Shown: positions 19,721-30,742, counted from the stretch's first letter. The stretch is DNA of 64,000 nt from an uncultured bacterium (GCA_963726455.1 CAVSCK010000004.1:416001-480000), one strand, 5' to 3'. Numbers and translations: made by a program. The notes: generated from the letters alone by a model not told the origin.

Positions 19721-22105
19721 TCATTTGCAGCCTGCGCACGGTGCAGGCCCACCCGCAAAGATGTATGCGATGAGATACACGGCATCAGAGATATCTACTG
19801 CCAGATCGCAATTGGCGTCACCAGCTGCCTCTGGATTTGGAGCTGGACCTCCGCTAAAAATGTAAGCGATAAGGTAGACGACGTCGGAGATGTCGACGGC
19901 GGCATCGGCATTGGCGTCACCGCACACGTAGGAGGGTGGCAAAAATAGCTTGGTCACAAAGGCGTCTCCGCCACCCTGCATCGTCTGATAGGGATTCAAA
20001 GTCGGGAAGTTGGTGGATTGAGTGAAGCCCGCCACATAGGCATTACTACTGCCATCGACTGCGATGCCATATCCTCCATCGTCGCCCGTTCCGCCCAGAT
20101 AAGTACTGTAAATCAGGTTGTTGCCTGTTGCAGCGAACTTGGCTACAAAGACATCCCCGCCATAGTATCCTCCCAGATTCGTTGACTGATAGGGGATCAG
20201 AGTCGGGAAGTCGACAGACTGAGTAGAGCCGGTCACATAGGCATTGCCTTCACCATCGATAGCTATGCCAAATCCATAATCTTCTCCTCCCCCGCCGAGG
20301 TACGTGCTATAGATCAGGCCGTTGCCAGAACTGGAAAGCTTGGCCACGAAAGCATCACCGTAATAGCCGCCTCCGTGTATGCTCTGAAAAGGATTTGAGG
20401 TTGGGAAGTTTACCGACATTGTATAGCCCGTTATGTAGGCACTGCCGGCACCATCGACGACAATGTGTCCCTTGCCTGTTAGATTGTCATCACTGCTTCC
20501 TCCCAGGTAGGTACTGTAGGCCAGACTATTGCCGGCGCTAGAGAGCTTGGTTACAAATGCATCCGAGCCTCCTAGAAGCGTCGCTTGAAAAGGATTCAAA
20601 GTCGGGAAGTTGGATGATTGGGTATAGCCCGTCACATAGGCATTACCGTTGTGATCAACTGCAACGGAGTGTCCTGCGTCAAAAGATCCTCCTCCGAGGT
20701 ACGTGCTATAGATCAAACTGTTACCTGAACTAGAGAGTTTGGTCACAAACACATCCCAAACGTCAGTTGGACCCTGATAAAGCTGGTAGGGATTTTGAGT
20801 CGGGAAGTTGGAGGATGCGGTACTGCCCGTTACATAGGCATAGCCGCTCCCATCAATCGCGATGCCGTTTCCATAATCGCGTTTTTCTCCACCGAGATAG
20901 GTGCTGTAGATCAAGCTGTTGCCGGAATTGGAGAGCTTGGTTACAAAGACATTTTCATAGTAATAGTCGCCTGTCATTGGCTGAGTCTGATAGGGATTCT
21001 GAATTGGAAAGTCGGGAGAGATGGTCGAGCCCGTCACATAGGCATTGCCGCTGCCATCGACTGCGATGGCTAATCCCCAGTCGAAGTTGTTCCCGCCGAG
21101 ATAGGTGCTGTAGATCAGGCTGTTGCCGGAACTGGAGAGCTTGGTCACAAAGACATCAAAAGAACCATTGTTGCTGGCGTCATACGGATTTTGAGTCGGG
21201 AAGTTGGAGCTAGAAGTATAGCCGATTACATAGGGATTGCCGCCCGCGTCGATCGCGATATCGCTTGCATGATCGTCCCAAGGGCTACCACCGAGGTAAG
21301 TGCTGTAAGCCAATTGCACGGCGAGCGCACCCTGCACTTGCCGGCCAGAACCAACCGATCTGAGTCCAATCGTCCTATCTGACAACTGCGAGAAACCGGC
21401 AATGCCGGACAAGACACCGCCCGATGGAGACTTGATCGCTGCAGCCATGTCGCCCCATTTGGTGGTCACGACTGCATTGCCGTAAGCATCAATGGAGGTC
21501 TTAGCGGCACCTTTGAATTCAAGTTTGACCTGCGCCAGGTCCGCTCCGGGAGCGACTATGAACTCGTACGCCACCTCGCCGCTGCCATTACCGGCGTACT
21601 TTAGGTCGATGCCCGGGTAAAGGTTCTTAAGCATGATTGACTCATAGTTGGGCACGTCCGTTTGCCATCTTGATGGATCATTGCCAATGAAGTAGTTGCA
21701 TTTGTATCCCATCAACCCTTCGGCGACAATCTGGGGATTGTCCTTTGCACCGACGAATTTGGTCGTAATCACAACCTGTTCTACCGAGTCTCTTTCGGGC
21801 AAGAAACGAGGAAGCGGATCGATTGCTCCTGAGGAAGACGAATGTCCTGCCGTCACGTCCTTTTCAACATGTCGGGTGAATTGGTAGGTCACCCCTTCTT
21901 TAGTGAACCACATCGTCGCCCCGCCGGAACTGACGCGAAACAAGACATGGTCATCCCACTGGCCTTGATTCTGAGTAAATGCCAGTGGCAACTGAGAAAC
22001 TTTCTGAGCTATCATCGTCTGCCCCGTAGTTGTATGCGCTGCGTTTAGAATGCTCGGCGCAAGCACCAAAGCTGCAACAAGGACCAGGACGTTTGTTCTA
22101 AACAT
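19721..22105 (-). CDS. Secreted SBBP beta-propeller repeat protein with dockerin-like C-terminus
   Basis: ATG at 22105 with AGGAG RBS, signal peptide, [30 protein letters not shown] repeats, ends GGPAPCAGCK. Confidence 0.88.
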   Translation of the reverse strand: MFRTNVLVLVAALVLAPSILNAAHTTTGQTMIAQKVSQLPLAFTQNQGQWDDHVLFRVSSGGATMWFTKEGVTYQFTRHVEKDVTAGHSSSSGAIDPLPRFLPERDSVEQVVITTKFVGAKDNPQIVAEGLMGYKCNYFIGNDPSRWQTDVPNYESIMLKNLYPGIDLKYAGNGSGEVAYEFIVAPGADLAQVKLEFKGAAKTSIDAYGNAVVTTKWGDMAAAIKSPSGGVLSGIAGFSQLSDRTIGLRSVGSGRQVQGALAVQLAYSTYLGGSPWDDHASDIAIDAGGNPYVIGYTSSSNFPTQNPYDASNNGSFDVFVTKLSSSGNSLIYSTYLGGNNFDWGLAIAVDGSGNAYVTGSTISPDFPIQNPYQTQPMTGDYYYENVFVTKLSNSGNSLIYSTYLGGEKRDYGNGIAIDGSGYAYVTGSTASSNFPTQNPYQLYQGPTDVWDVFVTKLSSSGNSLIYSTYLGGGSFDAGHSVAVDHNGNAYVTGYTQSSNFPTLNPFQATLLGGSDAFVTKLSSAGNSLAYSTYLGGSSDDNLTGKGHIVVDGAGSAYITGYTMSVNFPTSNPFQSIHGGGYYGDAFVAKLSSSGNGLIYSTYLGGGGEDYGFGIAIDGEGNAYVTGSTQSVDFPTLIPYQSTNLGGYYGGDVFVAKFAATGNNLIYSTYLGGTGDDGGYGIAVDGSSNAYVAGFTQSTNFPTLNPYQTMQGGGDAFVTKLFLPPSYVCGDANADAAVDISDVVYLIAYIFSGGPAPNPEAAGDANCDLAVDISDAVYLIAYIFAGGPAPCAGCK

Positions 22106-22668
22106 GTTGTTCTCCTGCTGAATATGGATGGGACGTTCTGTTGTGTTCTGAAATAGAGGGGATGACAAATCGTATTGAATCTGCTCGACATATTGAAGTG
22201 GAGGAGTTCGCTCTTCCGCAGTAAACGGCGATGGATAGGTGTCCATCGCCGTTGTGGGCACGGATTGCAACGTTGTATGGAAAAGGAAAGGAGCTTCCGA
22301 AAGTGTATGTCAATTCTGATGTTCCACCGGCATCGAGGCCTGCAGCGCAGACAACAGATGGATAAAGCGAATCCCGATCGCGGGCGCGGTTTTCAGATGG
22401 CCATTCCGACGCCTCCAGCGGTAATGTCGGGAAATACAGAATGGCGACATTGCATACGGCAAGTATGTTGGTCGTCAAGATTCGTCCCCCTTCAGCGCGT
22501 CTGATAGTCAAATGGAATCAGGGCAGCCCTTGTTGAAGCTCTAAGGACTGCTGGCTTCCATATCTCATGGATAATATGTGTATATATAATCAACCTAGTC
22601 CGGTTTGTCAAGCGGAAACTGTGAACTGGAATATCTGTAGCGGATGGTGCGCGGCCGTTTCGGCAACA

Positions 22669-22704
22669 GCAGGAAGGAGAAGCAGGGTGTTGTCTCCTTC
22701 CTGC
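22669..22704. repeat. Intergenic inverted repeat with 12-bp stem
   Basis: GCAGGAAGGAGA-N12-TCTCCTTCCTGC. Confidence 0.6.
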
Positions 22705-23283
22705 GGCGCCTATTCGAGCAAAGCCCTCCTTATGCTCAAAATGCAGTTGCAGATTACAATGGCGTCCTAAGCTGGGCGCAGCTTCTGTTTCGCTTTCTTT
22801 CGTGATGTTTGGAGCGCATAACAAGTTCATGTTGAGTCTATAGTCCTATTAGGAGCTCATCCCATTTCAACCGGCGTCGTATCGCCAGACAATTGGCCAC
22901 GGGCGCGAATCCGACTGTTGCCACGATGAATGCTCGTGGACCTCGATCGAGGAGTTGGCACTTGCCGCCTCGAATTTCCCGTTCACGTCGTGTCGCCAAA
23001 ACAGTTGCTCCAAATACAGACAGAGCATCGAAAAGTTGTCGAAGAAGGTCCGGTTATTTTGCGAGGGGCAGATTTTGTTCGCGGTCTACGGAGATCCGGC
23101 ACGGCAGAAGGCACTTGTTGCTCTTTACCCTTGACAATTTATGAGGTAGGGGATTTATTGGTCTATGAAGTTAGGTTTTAGACACATGACTAATTGAGCG
23201 ACGCTAATTGCGTCGTGAGAAAGTCGTACCAAGTAACATGATTCAAAGTTTGAATCGGTAGTTGGGAGATAAAAGGAGGAAGC

Positions 23284-26200
23284 ATGAGATTGCCAAGGTT
23301 GTCTGCACTCGTTACTGCATTAGTGATACTAGTCGTTTATGTGCCGGCATCGGCTGAATCCTGGCAGGATCTATTGAGTCGTGCCGACTCGCTCTCCAAG
23401 GCTCAGAGTCAGGATTCGGCGATAGTCATAGGTAGGCTCGCCCTTGAGAAGACGCAGAGTCAATTCGGTGGCAACGACACGGCGACGGCGCGAGTGCTTT
23501 ACCGGCTCGGTACATACAACTACACGAAGAGATCCTTTGGGCAGGCCGATTCACTCTACCACCAAGCTCTAACAATAAGAGAGGAAATTCTCGGCAAGGA
23601 TCATCCCGACGTGGCTACAGCCGTGAGCGGTCTTGGTATCCTCTATATGACGCAAGGCCGCTACGCTGACGCCGGACCCCTTCTCAAGCGAGCTTTGGAC
23701 ATCAGGGAAAAAGCTCTCGGAGAGGACAATGCGGACGTGGGGCAGAGTCTTAACGACCTTGCCGTCCTATCCTGGTATCAGGGGAAGCTCGGCGATGCCG
23801 AGTTGCTTTTCCGGCGGGCTCTGGCAATCAGGGAGAAGGCACTGGGGCCGGAGCATCCGGATATCGGATCAACCCTCAACAACATTGGAATTCTCTGCTT
23901 TAACCAGGGTAGATATGCCGAGGCCGAGCCGCTCTTCAAGAGATCACGAGCGATTTGGGAAAAGGCGTTGGGACCGGAACACCCAAACGTAGCTCAGAGT
24001 TTCAACAACCTTGCCAGTCTCTATGGGGCGCAAGGCAAGTATGCCGAAGCGGAACCGCTCTTGCAGCGCTCGCTTGCAATCAGAGAAAAGACTTTGGGTC
24101 AGGGAAACCCTAAGGTAGCCGAGACCCTTAATAACCTCGGTTTGTTATGCTATTATGAAGGTGAATACGCTACGGCGGAAAAACATTTCCGTCGTGCGCT
24201 GGCGATCAACGAAAAAGCGCAGGGACCTGAACACCCTGACGTTGCTTACAGTCTCGCTAACCTTTCCATGCTTCAATGGTCACAGGGGAGATACGACGAG
24301 GCCACACTTGTCTCACAGCGAGCACTGGCAATCTGGGAAAAAGCCGTCGGACCTGATGACCCGCGCGTGGCAAATTGCCTCAATATGCTTGGCGTCCTTT
24401 TGGGCGAGCAACGCAAGTATCCGGAGGCCGAATCCTTAATGCAACGGGCTCTAGCCATAGAGGAGAAGACTCTGGGTCCGGAACACTATGAAGTTGGCAC
24501 AGGTCTTTATAACATCGCGAGTCTTCTGGCAAAGCAAGGCAAGTATGCCGAAGCCGAACCTCTTTATCAGCGATCGCTGAAAATAAGGGAGAAAGCTCTG
24601 GGACCGGGGCACCCCAATGTCGCCTACTGCCTTACAGAGATTGCGACTCTGGATTATTACCAGGGCAAGTACTCCGAAGCCGAGCCACTTTACCAACGGT
24701 CTCTGGCCATTTTGGAAAAGGCTCAGGGGCCGGCACACCCGGACGTGGCGGCGACTCTGGAATCTTTGTCTAAGCTCCATCGTGTCGAGGGGAAGATAGC
24801 GCTTTCATTCCAGGAGAGCGCAACGGCGCTGAAAACTCGCCTGAAGCATTTTCAGGACAACGCCTATGTCCTCACCGAAAAGGACGCCTTGAAGTACTCG
24901 AGAAGTATGCGCACTTCTGCGGATAACTTCCTTTCCACTTATCACGATTTCGTTAAGGCCGGACATTCTGAAGCAGCGCAAGCGGCTGAAATAGCAGTGA
25001 TGACAAAGGGGCAGGTATCGGACATGATATTTGAACGGCGAAAAGCACTGGTGACCGAGACAGACTCCACTACACTTGCTCTCGCTGATTCAGTCCGTAC
25101 AAATCAATTCCTACTTTCCAAGCTGTATGTTTCCGGGCCCGATGAGTATGACACAAGCGGGACTTACCGTCACAAACTCGACTCGCTTTCTGTCTTGAAT
25201 AAGCGCCTTGAATCCGATCTTGCTCGGGAGAGCAGCAGTTTCCAAAAATTCAAGTCAAACCGGGAGGTTACAGCCGCGGAATTGCTTTCGCTCTTGCCGG
25301 AGAAGTCGATGTTGGTTGAATACGTCAAATACAATTATCTCCAATTGAAGCCCGATAGTTCTACACCGCGTTATCTTGCGGTCGTTTTTGCGCCCAAAAG
25401 AGAGCCGGTCATTACCGATCTTGGGCAAGCGGCAGAGATTGAATCTTTGGTTCGCCGTTATCGCGAGCACATGCTGCTCGTATCAAGAGCCAATCGATTG
25501 CCCACGGTAGTCGATCTTGAAGACTATCGCCAAGTCAGTACGCAGCTCTACGACAAGATCTGGCGACCGATCGAGAATCAGACGCGCAGTAATCAAGAGG
25601 TATTTATTTCTCCGGATGACGCTCTGACTATGGTCTCATTTGCCGGACTACCTGATCCCTCTGGCAAGTATCTCACTGAGAGATTCACGATTCACTATCT
25701 GTCCGCCGGACGCGACCTCATTCGGCTCCAGGAAATGCCTGAAGCTTCTCGAGGTCTACTGGCGATGGCAGATCCTGACTTTGACGCACTTCCGGCGTCT
25801 CGCGTCTCCAGTTCGTTTGCACTGCAATCCGGCGACACGGCGGCAACGTCCTATGCCATGCGAAGCATTCGTTCCAGTTGCGGTACGCTAAGCGAATCTA
25901 CAGCAGACCCGCTACCGGGAACTCGTTCGGAAGTGCAGCGAATTGTCTCCCAGTGGGAAAAATCGAGCGAGGAACCGGTTGCCGTTTACTATGGCGCTCA
26001 AGCAAGCGAGGACAACTTCAAGTCGGGGGCTCCCGGCAGGCGAGTGATTCACCTGGCGACGCATGGGTATTTTCTTGAAGGCGCCTGTCAACCGGAAGTC
26101 TCGGGCGGGCGACTCGACGAGGAATCCGGCTTTGTCGGGGAGAATCCCCTTCTTATGTCGGGGTTGCTTTTTGCCGGTGCGAATCTTCACGGCGAAGGAG

Positions 26201-26574
26201 CAGACAGTGCTCGGATAGACGACGGAATACTCACGGCGTTCGAGGTTTCGGGCATGAATCTTCAAGCTACGCAACTGGTCGTGCTTTCGGCCTGCGAGAC
26301 CGGTCTGGGAGAAGTGAAGGCCGGTGAAGGTGTGTACGGACTGCGCCGTGCATTCCAGATGGCAGGAGCGCGCACGGTAATTAGCTCGCTATGGCCGGTG
26401 CCCGATCAGGCGACAGCCGACGTGATGAGTCAACTCTACGGGCTTTCGAACAAGCCGATTCCAGAGCGCCTCCGCGATTTGCAGTTGGCGCAGATCAAGA
26501 AACTACGGGCCGCGGGCTCTCCTGATCACCCGTTTTCCTGGGGCGCATTTATCGCCCTTGGAGATTGGCGCTAA
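23284..26574 (+). CDS. Signal-peptide TPR-CHAT (caspase-like, clan CD) protease #1
   Basis: AGGAGG RBS, signal peptide ending ASA-E, 42-aa TPRs (LGPEHPDVAxSLNNLA), catalytic HLATHG and LSACETG, HPFSWGAF. Confidence 0.92.
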   Translation: MRLPRLSALVTALVILVVYVPASAESWQDLLSRADSLSKAQSQDSAIVIGRLALEKTQSQFGGNDTATARVLYRLGTYNYTKRSFGQADSLYHQALTIREEILGKDHPDVATAVSGLGILYMTQGRYADAGPLLKRALDIREKALGEDNADVGQSLNDLAVLSWYQGKLGDAELLFRRALAIREKALGPEHPDIGSTLNNIGILCFNQGRYAEAEPLFKRSRAIWEKALGPEHPNVAQSFNNLASLYGAQGKYAEAEPLLQRSLAIREKTLGQGNPKVAETLNNLGLLCYYEGEYATAEKHFRRALAINEKAQGPEHPDVAYSLANLSMLQWSQGRYDEATLVSQRALAIWEKAVGPDDPRVANCLNMLGVLLGEQRKYPEAESLMQRALAIEEKTLGPEHYEVGTGLYNIASLLAKQGKYAEAEPLYQRSLKIREKALGPGHPNVAYCLTEIATLDYYQGKYSEAEPLYQRSLAILEKAQGPAHPDVAATLESLSKLHRVEGKIALSFQESATALKTRLKHFQDNAYVLTEKDALKYSRSMRTSADNFLSTYHDFVKAGHSEAAQAAEIAVMTKGQVSDMIFERRKALVTETDSTTLALADSVRTNQFLLSKLYVSGPDEYDTSGTYRHKLDSLSVLNKRLESDLARESSSFQKFKSNREVTAAELLSLLPEKSMLVEYVKYNYLQLKPDSSTPRYLAVVFAPKREPVITDLGQAAEIESLVRRYREHMLLVSRANRLPTVVDLEDYRQVSTQLYDKIWRPIENQTRSNQEVFISPDDALTMVSFAGLPDPSGKYLTERFTIHYLSAGRDLIRLQEMPEASRGLLAMADPDFDALPASRVSSSFALQSGDTAATSYAMRSIRSSCGTLSESTADPLPGTRSEVQRIVSQWEKSSEEPVAVYYGAQASEDNFKSGAPGRRVIHLATHGYFLEGACQPEVSGGRLDEESGFVGENPLLMSGLLFAGANLHGEGADSARIDDGILTAFEVSGMNLQATQLVVLSACETGLGEVKAGEGVYGLRRAFQMAGARTVISSLWPVPDQATADVMSQLYGLSNKPIPERLRDLQLAQIKKLRAAGSPDHPFSWGAFIALGDWR

Positions 26575-26577
26575 CTA
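26353..26577 (+). repeat. 225-bp near-identical direct repeat (second copy at 29491-29715)
   Basis: 3' ends of both CHAT genes. I count 6 mismatches, all synonymous. Confidence 0.9.
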
Positions 26578-26598
26578 TTCGACATCTCTTATGTATTT
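26572..26598 (+). promoter_or_regulatory. ECF-type promoter motif upstream of CHAT #2
   Basis: TAACTAT-N13-TGTATTT, the same spacing as four other copies. Confidence 0.55.
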
Positions 26599-26667
26599 AG
26601 AAGAGGATATTGGAGACTTCGCAGGCCAAGCTATGAATAGAAGTAGTTTAAATGAAAAGGAGGGAGC

Positions 26668-29600
26668 TTGAAATTGACAAGGCGGCTAGCGATTCTACTT
26701 GGAATCATGATACTGGGTCTGCAGATGCCCGTCTCGGCAGAAACATGGAAGGATCTCTTGGATCGTGCCGATTCTCTGGCGAGTGCTAGAAATCAGGATT
26801 CGGCGATTGTTATCGGTAGACTTGCCCTCGAAGAGACGAAAGCTGAATTCGGAGGCAACGATACAGCGACCGCCAGAGTGTTCAACCGGCTCGCAGTCTG
26901 CTATTTCTACAAGGGAGCTTATGACCAAGCCGATACCCTATATCACGGGGCCCTGGCAATTTGGGAGAGAGTACTAGGTCCGGATCATCCAAGTGTAGCG
27001 AACGGTCTGAGCAATATTTCACTGGTCTATTATTGCCAGGCGCGCTATTCCGAGGCCGAGCAATGCGACATGAGGGCGCTGGCGATTCGAGAGAAAGCTT
27101 TTGGTCCTGATCATCCGGACGTGGCGACAAGCTTGACTGCCCTTGCCAGCCTCTATGTTGAGCAAGCACGTTATGCAGACGCGGAGTTGTATTACAAGAG
27201 AGCCTTGGCAATTCGGGAAAAAGCTTTCGGTCCGGAAAATAAGGATGTGGCGGCAAGCTTGAATAATCTCGCCACAGCTTATTTTCGAGAGACACGGTTT
27301 GCCGAAGCTGAGCCGTTGTTCAGGAGAAGTCTGGCGATTTGCGAGAAGATTCTGAGTCCTGATCATCCGTATATACCGAAGTTGTTGAGCAACCTCGCCG
27401 GTATTTATAATGAATTGAGGCGGTATGCCGAAGCTGAGCAGGCGTTCAAGAAGGTGTTGGCGATTCAGGAAAGAGCCGTTGGTCCGGATCATCCGGATGT
27501 GGCAACTAGTTTGTTTAACCTCGCTAATGTGTATACCCGGCAGGAACGTGACGCCGACGCCATACCACTGTACAAACGAGCGCTGGAGATTCGGGAAAAG
27601 GCTCTCGGTCCGGATCACCCAGATGTGGCGACAACCTTAAGCTGTCTGGCTATGGCTGATTATTACCTGGCACGCTATTCTGACGCAGAGCCGTTACTCA
27701 AAAGGGCGCTGCAGATTCGGGAAAACACTCTCGGGCCGAATCATCCCGACGTGGCTTTGAGTCTGAATGATCTCGCCATGCTTTACACTTACCAAGGGCG
27801 TTACGCAGACGCTGAGTCACTGTATCAGAGAGCGCTGGGGATTGAGGAAAAGGCCTCTGGTCCGGATAATCGAGATGTGGCATACTTTCGTGAATCCTAC
27901 TCCACCCATTATCGCGTCACGGGACAATTGGGACCGGGAATTGCGGAGGCGGCGAAAGCATTCAATATTCGCCTGAAGAACTTCCGTGACAACGCGTATA
28001 TTCTTTCCGAAATGGATGCTCTGCCATACTCCACGGAAATAAGGAATGATTGCGGCAGCTACCTTTCGTGCCTCTTGGATAATGGAATGTCAGCACCGGA
28101 GTATCTTGGACAGGCAGGAAATATCGTTCTCGAGTCCAAGGGAATAGTCTCTGAAGGCATTATGCAGCGACAACAGGCCCTGGTGACAGAAAAGGATTCA
28201 ACCACTCTGGCGTTGGCAGAGTCATTGCGAAGCGCTCGGCTGCAAATCTCTCAACTGTACAGTGAGGGCCCTGGGGACGATACCACCGGCTTATACAGAA
28301 GTGAAGTTGATTCCCTGGCTCGAATTGCCAACGACCTTGAAGCAGAGCTATCTCGTCATAGTGCCAGTTTCCAGCGCCGTCAGGATGTGAACAACATATC
28401 GGTTGCTCGTATCGATTCCGTTCTTCCGTCTAGTACGTCACTCGTTGAGTATCTGACATGGGATTATCACCAGTTAAGGCCCGATTCCTTAATACCGCGC
28501 TATCTGGCATTGGTTATTGACAAGGGTAAGGGTCCGAAGATCATCAACCTGGGTGACGCCTCGGAGATTGAGCCACTGGTAGGTCGTTACTTGAAGCACA
28601 TGCAAGGGATTGCCTCAGGAGGCCGGCAGCCGAATGCCGCTGATATGTTGGAGTATCGGTCCCTCAGTCAGTCCATTTACGAAAAAGTCTGGAAGCCCTT
28701 GGAGAATCACCTCCGAAAGGGACAGAGAGTCTTTGTAGCACTTGACGGTTCCCTGAACTTAGTATCGATCGCTGGACTCATGGACGAGAAGGGAACCTAC
28801 GTGACGGAGAAGTATATTCTTCATCATCTTTCCTCCGGTCGTGACCTGATCCGGTTGAAGGATCAGGGCGTTGAAGGACATGGTCTACTCGCGATTGGGG
28901 ATCCGGACTTTGACGCGTCCATTGACGCTAGGATGAACAAGACGAGCGAACCTCTGCTGGCAGCGGCACTTACAAGCGATACGGAATATCAAACCCGCAA
29001 CGTGCGGTCAGGGTGCGGTTCATTGTCAGACTTGAAGGTTGAGAGTTTGCCGTTTACTCGCAATGAGGTTCAGGAGGTAGGTCTTCTATGGCAGGGCAAA
29101 GGGAAAGATTCGGTTCAACTCTTTGTGGGCGCCCAGGCAACAGAAGATGCTTTCAAGACGCAAGCTCCGGGTAAGCGGGTGATTCATCTGGCGACTCACG
29201 GCTATTATCTGACCGGTCAGTGTGCTTCTCCGCTAGAGGCAAGACGCGGCTTAGGTTCCGACCAGGAATTTGTGGGTGAGAATCCATTGCTGCAATCCGG
29301 GCTTTTACTGGCGGGTTCGAATCTGCACGGGGCTGGCTGCGATAGTGCTCACTGTGAGGATGGTATTTTGTCCGCCTCCGAGGTTGCGGGTATGGATTTG
29401 AGCGGAACTGACCTGGTAGTGCTTTCAGCCTGTGAGACGGGTTTGGGAGAGGTGAAGTCAGGGGAGGGAGTTTATGGTTTGAGACGAGCCTTCCAGATGG
29501 CAGGAGCGCGCACGGTAATCAGCTCGCTATGGCCGGTGCCTGATCAAGCAACGGCCGACGTGATGAGTCAACTCTACGGGCTTTCGAACAAGCCGATTCC

Positions 29601-29712
29601 AGAGCGCCTCCGCGATTTGCAGTTGGCGCAGATCAAGAAACTACGGGCCGCGGGCTCTCCTGATCACCCGTTTTCCTGGGGCGCATTTATCGCTCTTGGA
29701 GATTGGCGCTAA
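26668..29712 (+). CDS. Signal-peptide TPR-CHAT protease #2
   Basis: TTG start with AGGAGG RBS. Same architecture as #1, with intact HLATHG and LSACETG. Confidence 0.92.
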   Translation: MKLTRRLAILLGIMILGLQMPVSAETWKDLLDRADSLASARNQDSAIVIGRLALEETKAEFGGNDTATARVFNRLAVCYFYKGAYDQADTLYHGALAIWERVLGPDHPSVANGLSNISLVYYCQARYSEAEQCDMRALAIREKAFGPDHPDVATSLTALASLYVEQARYADAELYYKRALAIREKAFGPENKDVAASLNNLATAYFRETRFAEAEPLFRRSLAICEKILSPDHPYIPKLLSNLAGIYNELRRYAEAEQAFKKVLAIQERAVGPDHPDVATSLFNLANVYTRQERDADAIPLYKRALEIREKALGPDHPDVATTLSCLAMADYYLARYSDAEPLLKRALQIRENTLGPNHPDVALSLNDLAMLYTYQGRYADAESLYQRALGIEEKASGPDNRDVAYFRESYSTHYRVTGQLGPGIAEAAKAFNIRLKNFRDNAYILSEMDALPYSTEIRNDCGSYLSCLLDNGMSAPEYLGQAGNIVLESKGIVSEGIMQRQQALVTEKDSTTLALAESLRSARLQISQLYSEGPGDDTTGLYRSEVDSLARIANDLEAELSRHSASFQRRQDVNNISVARIDSVLPSSTSLVEYLTWDYHQLRPDSLIPRYLALVIDKGKGPKIINLGDASEIEPLVGRYLKHMQGIASGGRQPNAADMLEYRSLSQSIYEKVWKPLENHLRKGQRVFVALDGSLNLVSIAGLMDEKGTYVTEKYILHHLSSGRDLIRLKDQGVEGHGLLAIGDPDFDASIDARMNKTSEPLLAAALTSDTEYQTRNVRSGCGSLSDLKVESLPFTRNEVQEVGLLWQGKGKDSVQLFVGAQATEDAFKTQAPGKRVIHLATHGYYLTGQCASPLEARRGLGSDQEFVGENPLLQSGLLLAGSNLHGAGCDSAHCEDGILSASEVAGMDLSGTDLVVLSACETGLGEVKSGEGVYGLRRAFQMAGARTVISSLWPVPDQATADVMSQLYGLSNKPIPERLRDLQLAQIKKLRAAGSPDHPFSWGAFIALGDWR

Positions 29713-29736
29713 CTAAACGCCCTTTCGCTTGTACTT
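29710..29736 (+). promoter_or_regulatory. ECF-type promoter motif upstream of the 29762 operon
   Basis: TAACTAA-N13-TGTACTT. Confidence 0.55.
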
Positions 29737-29761
29737 GGTTGAGGGGCAGATGGAGGAATCG

Positions 29762-30736
29762 ATGAAAAGTAGATACTACTCGAAGAACAATCGTACGAGT
29801 CGGAGCATCGCTTTGGTAGCATTGATGATCTTTGTTTCACTGGGGTCAGCAATTGCCCTGGGTGCAAACGAAGCCGCGGTCGCAAAGATAGTTGATTGCC
29901 AGATGCCGGTTTCGATCCACGGCCCGAAGTCATCTTCCGCAGTTATCGGCGCAGAACTTCACGGCAATGATACGGTCATGGTAGCTCAAAATGGTTCTGC
30001 CACGCTAGTGTTTGTTGACGGTGTGCTGCAGAAGTTCGTCGGCCCCAGTGTGATCATCATGTCATCAAAAGATAAGTCGGAACAGGGACTGCTGGGGAAG
30101 TTGGCAACTGGACTCGCGGAATTGTTCTTCCCAAGTGGCAGTGAAACCGAACGCGCGCGCCTTGCGGTCCGGGGTATAAATACTTCGGAAAAGCCGTCGC
30201 TGACGGTTCCGCTCCTCATGTTTCCGCCTTCGGGGGGCTTTCTGATGACTGCTCCCGATCATCTGGAGTGGCTGCCCATAGACAATGCGACTTTGTATAC
30301 GGTTTCTCTCTATGATCAGAATCGTCTCATATTCACGACACGAACGCACGATGCGATACTATCTCTTCCGGGAGACTCCCTTCCGTTAGAGGCCGGCCAG
30401 TCTTATTATTGGACTGTTCAGACAGACATCGGAAACGGTTCTTTGCGATCCGAGCAGTCAGCATTCGGAATGATCGACACTTTGAGTCACGCTACTGTGA
30501 TGAATGCTCTCAAAGAGATCAATAGTTCCGCTTTTGATTCACGATTGGCAACGGTGTTGCGGATCAACCTGTATCAAAGTCATGGCCTATTGGTCGATGA
30601 GAATCGGGAAGCCGACGATTTGCTCAGGCAGTATCCTCATGATTACACGGGATTGTTGGTGAAGGCGCAACTCTGCGAGGCGATGAACATGTATCGCGAT
30701 GCCGCATCCTATTATAGACAAGCGCTCGCGCGTTGA
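29762..30736 (+). CDS. Exported CHAT/CHASE2-associated protein (beta domain, AVRG linker, FN3/DUF928-like domain, TPR)
   Basis: GGAGG RBS, signal peptide, RLAVRG linker, LEWLP...YTVSLYD...LEAGQSYYWTV, terminal TPR helices. Confidence 0.7.
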   Translation: MKSRYYSKNNRTSRSIALVALMIFVSLGSAIALGANEAAVAKIVDCQMPVSIHGPKSSSAVIGAELHGNDTVMVAQNGSATLVFVDGVLQKFVGPSVIIMSSKDKSEQGLLGKLATGLAELFFPSGSETERARLAVRGINTSEKPSLTVPLLMFPPSGGFLMTAPDHLEWLPIDNATLYTVSLYDQNRLIFTTRTHDAILSLPGDSLPLEAGQSYYWTVQTDIGNGSLRSEQSAFGMIDTLSHATVMNALKEINSSAFDSRLATVLRINLYQSHGLLVDENREADDLLRQYPHDYTGLLVKAQLCEAMNMYRDAASYYRQALAR

Positions 30737-30742
30737 CGCCCG

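Noticed and set aside
23284-29712. TPR-CHAT genes as part of a CRISPR type III-E (Craspase) locus
   Set aside because: No CRISPR array or cas gene was seen, and both proteins carry signal peptides.
26353-29715. Near-identical 225-bp pair as a DGR template/variable repeat
   Set aside because: The mismatches are synonymous transitions and not adenine-specific, both copies are coding, and there is no reverse transcriptase in the window.
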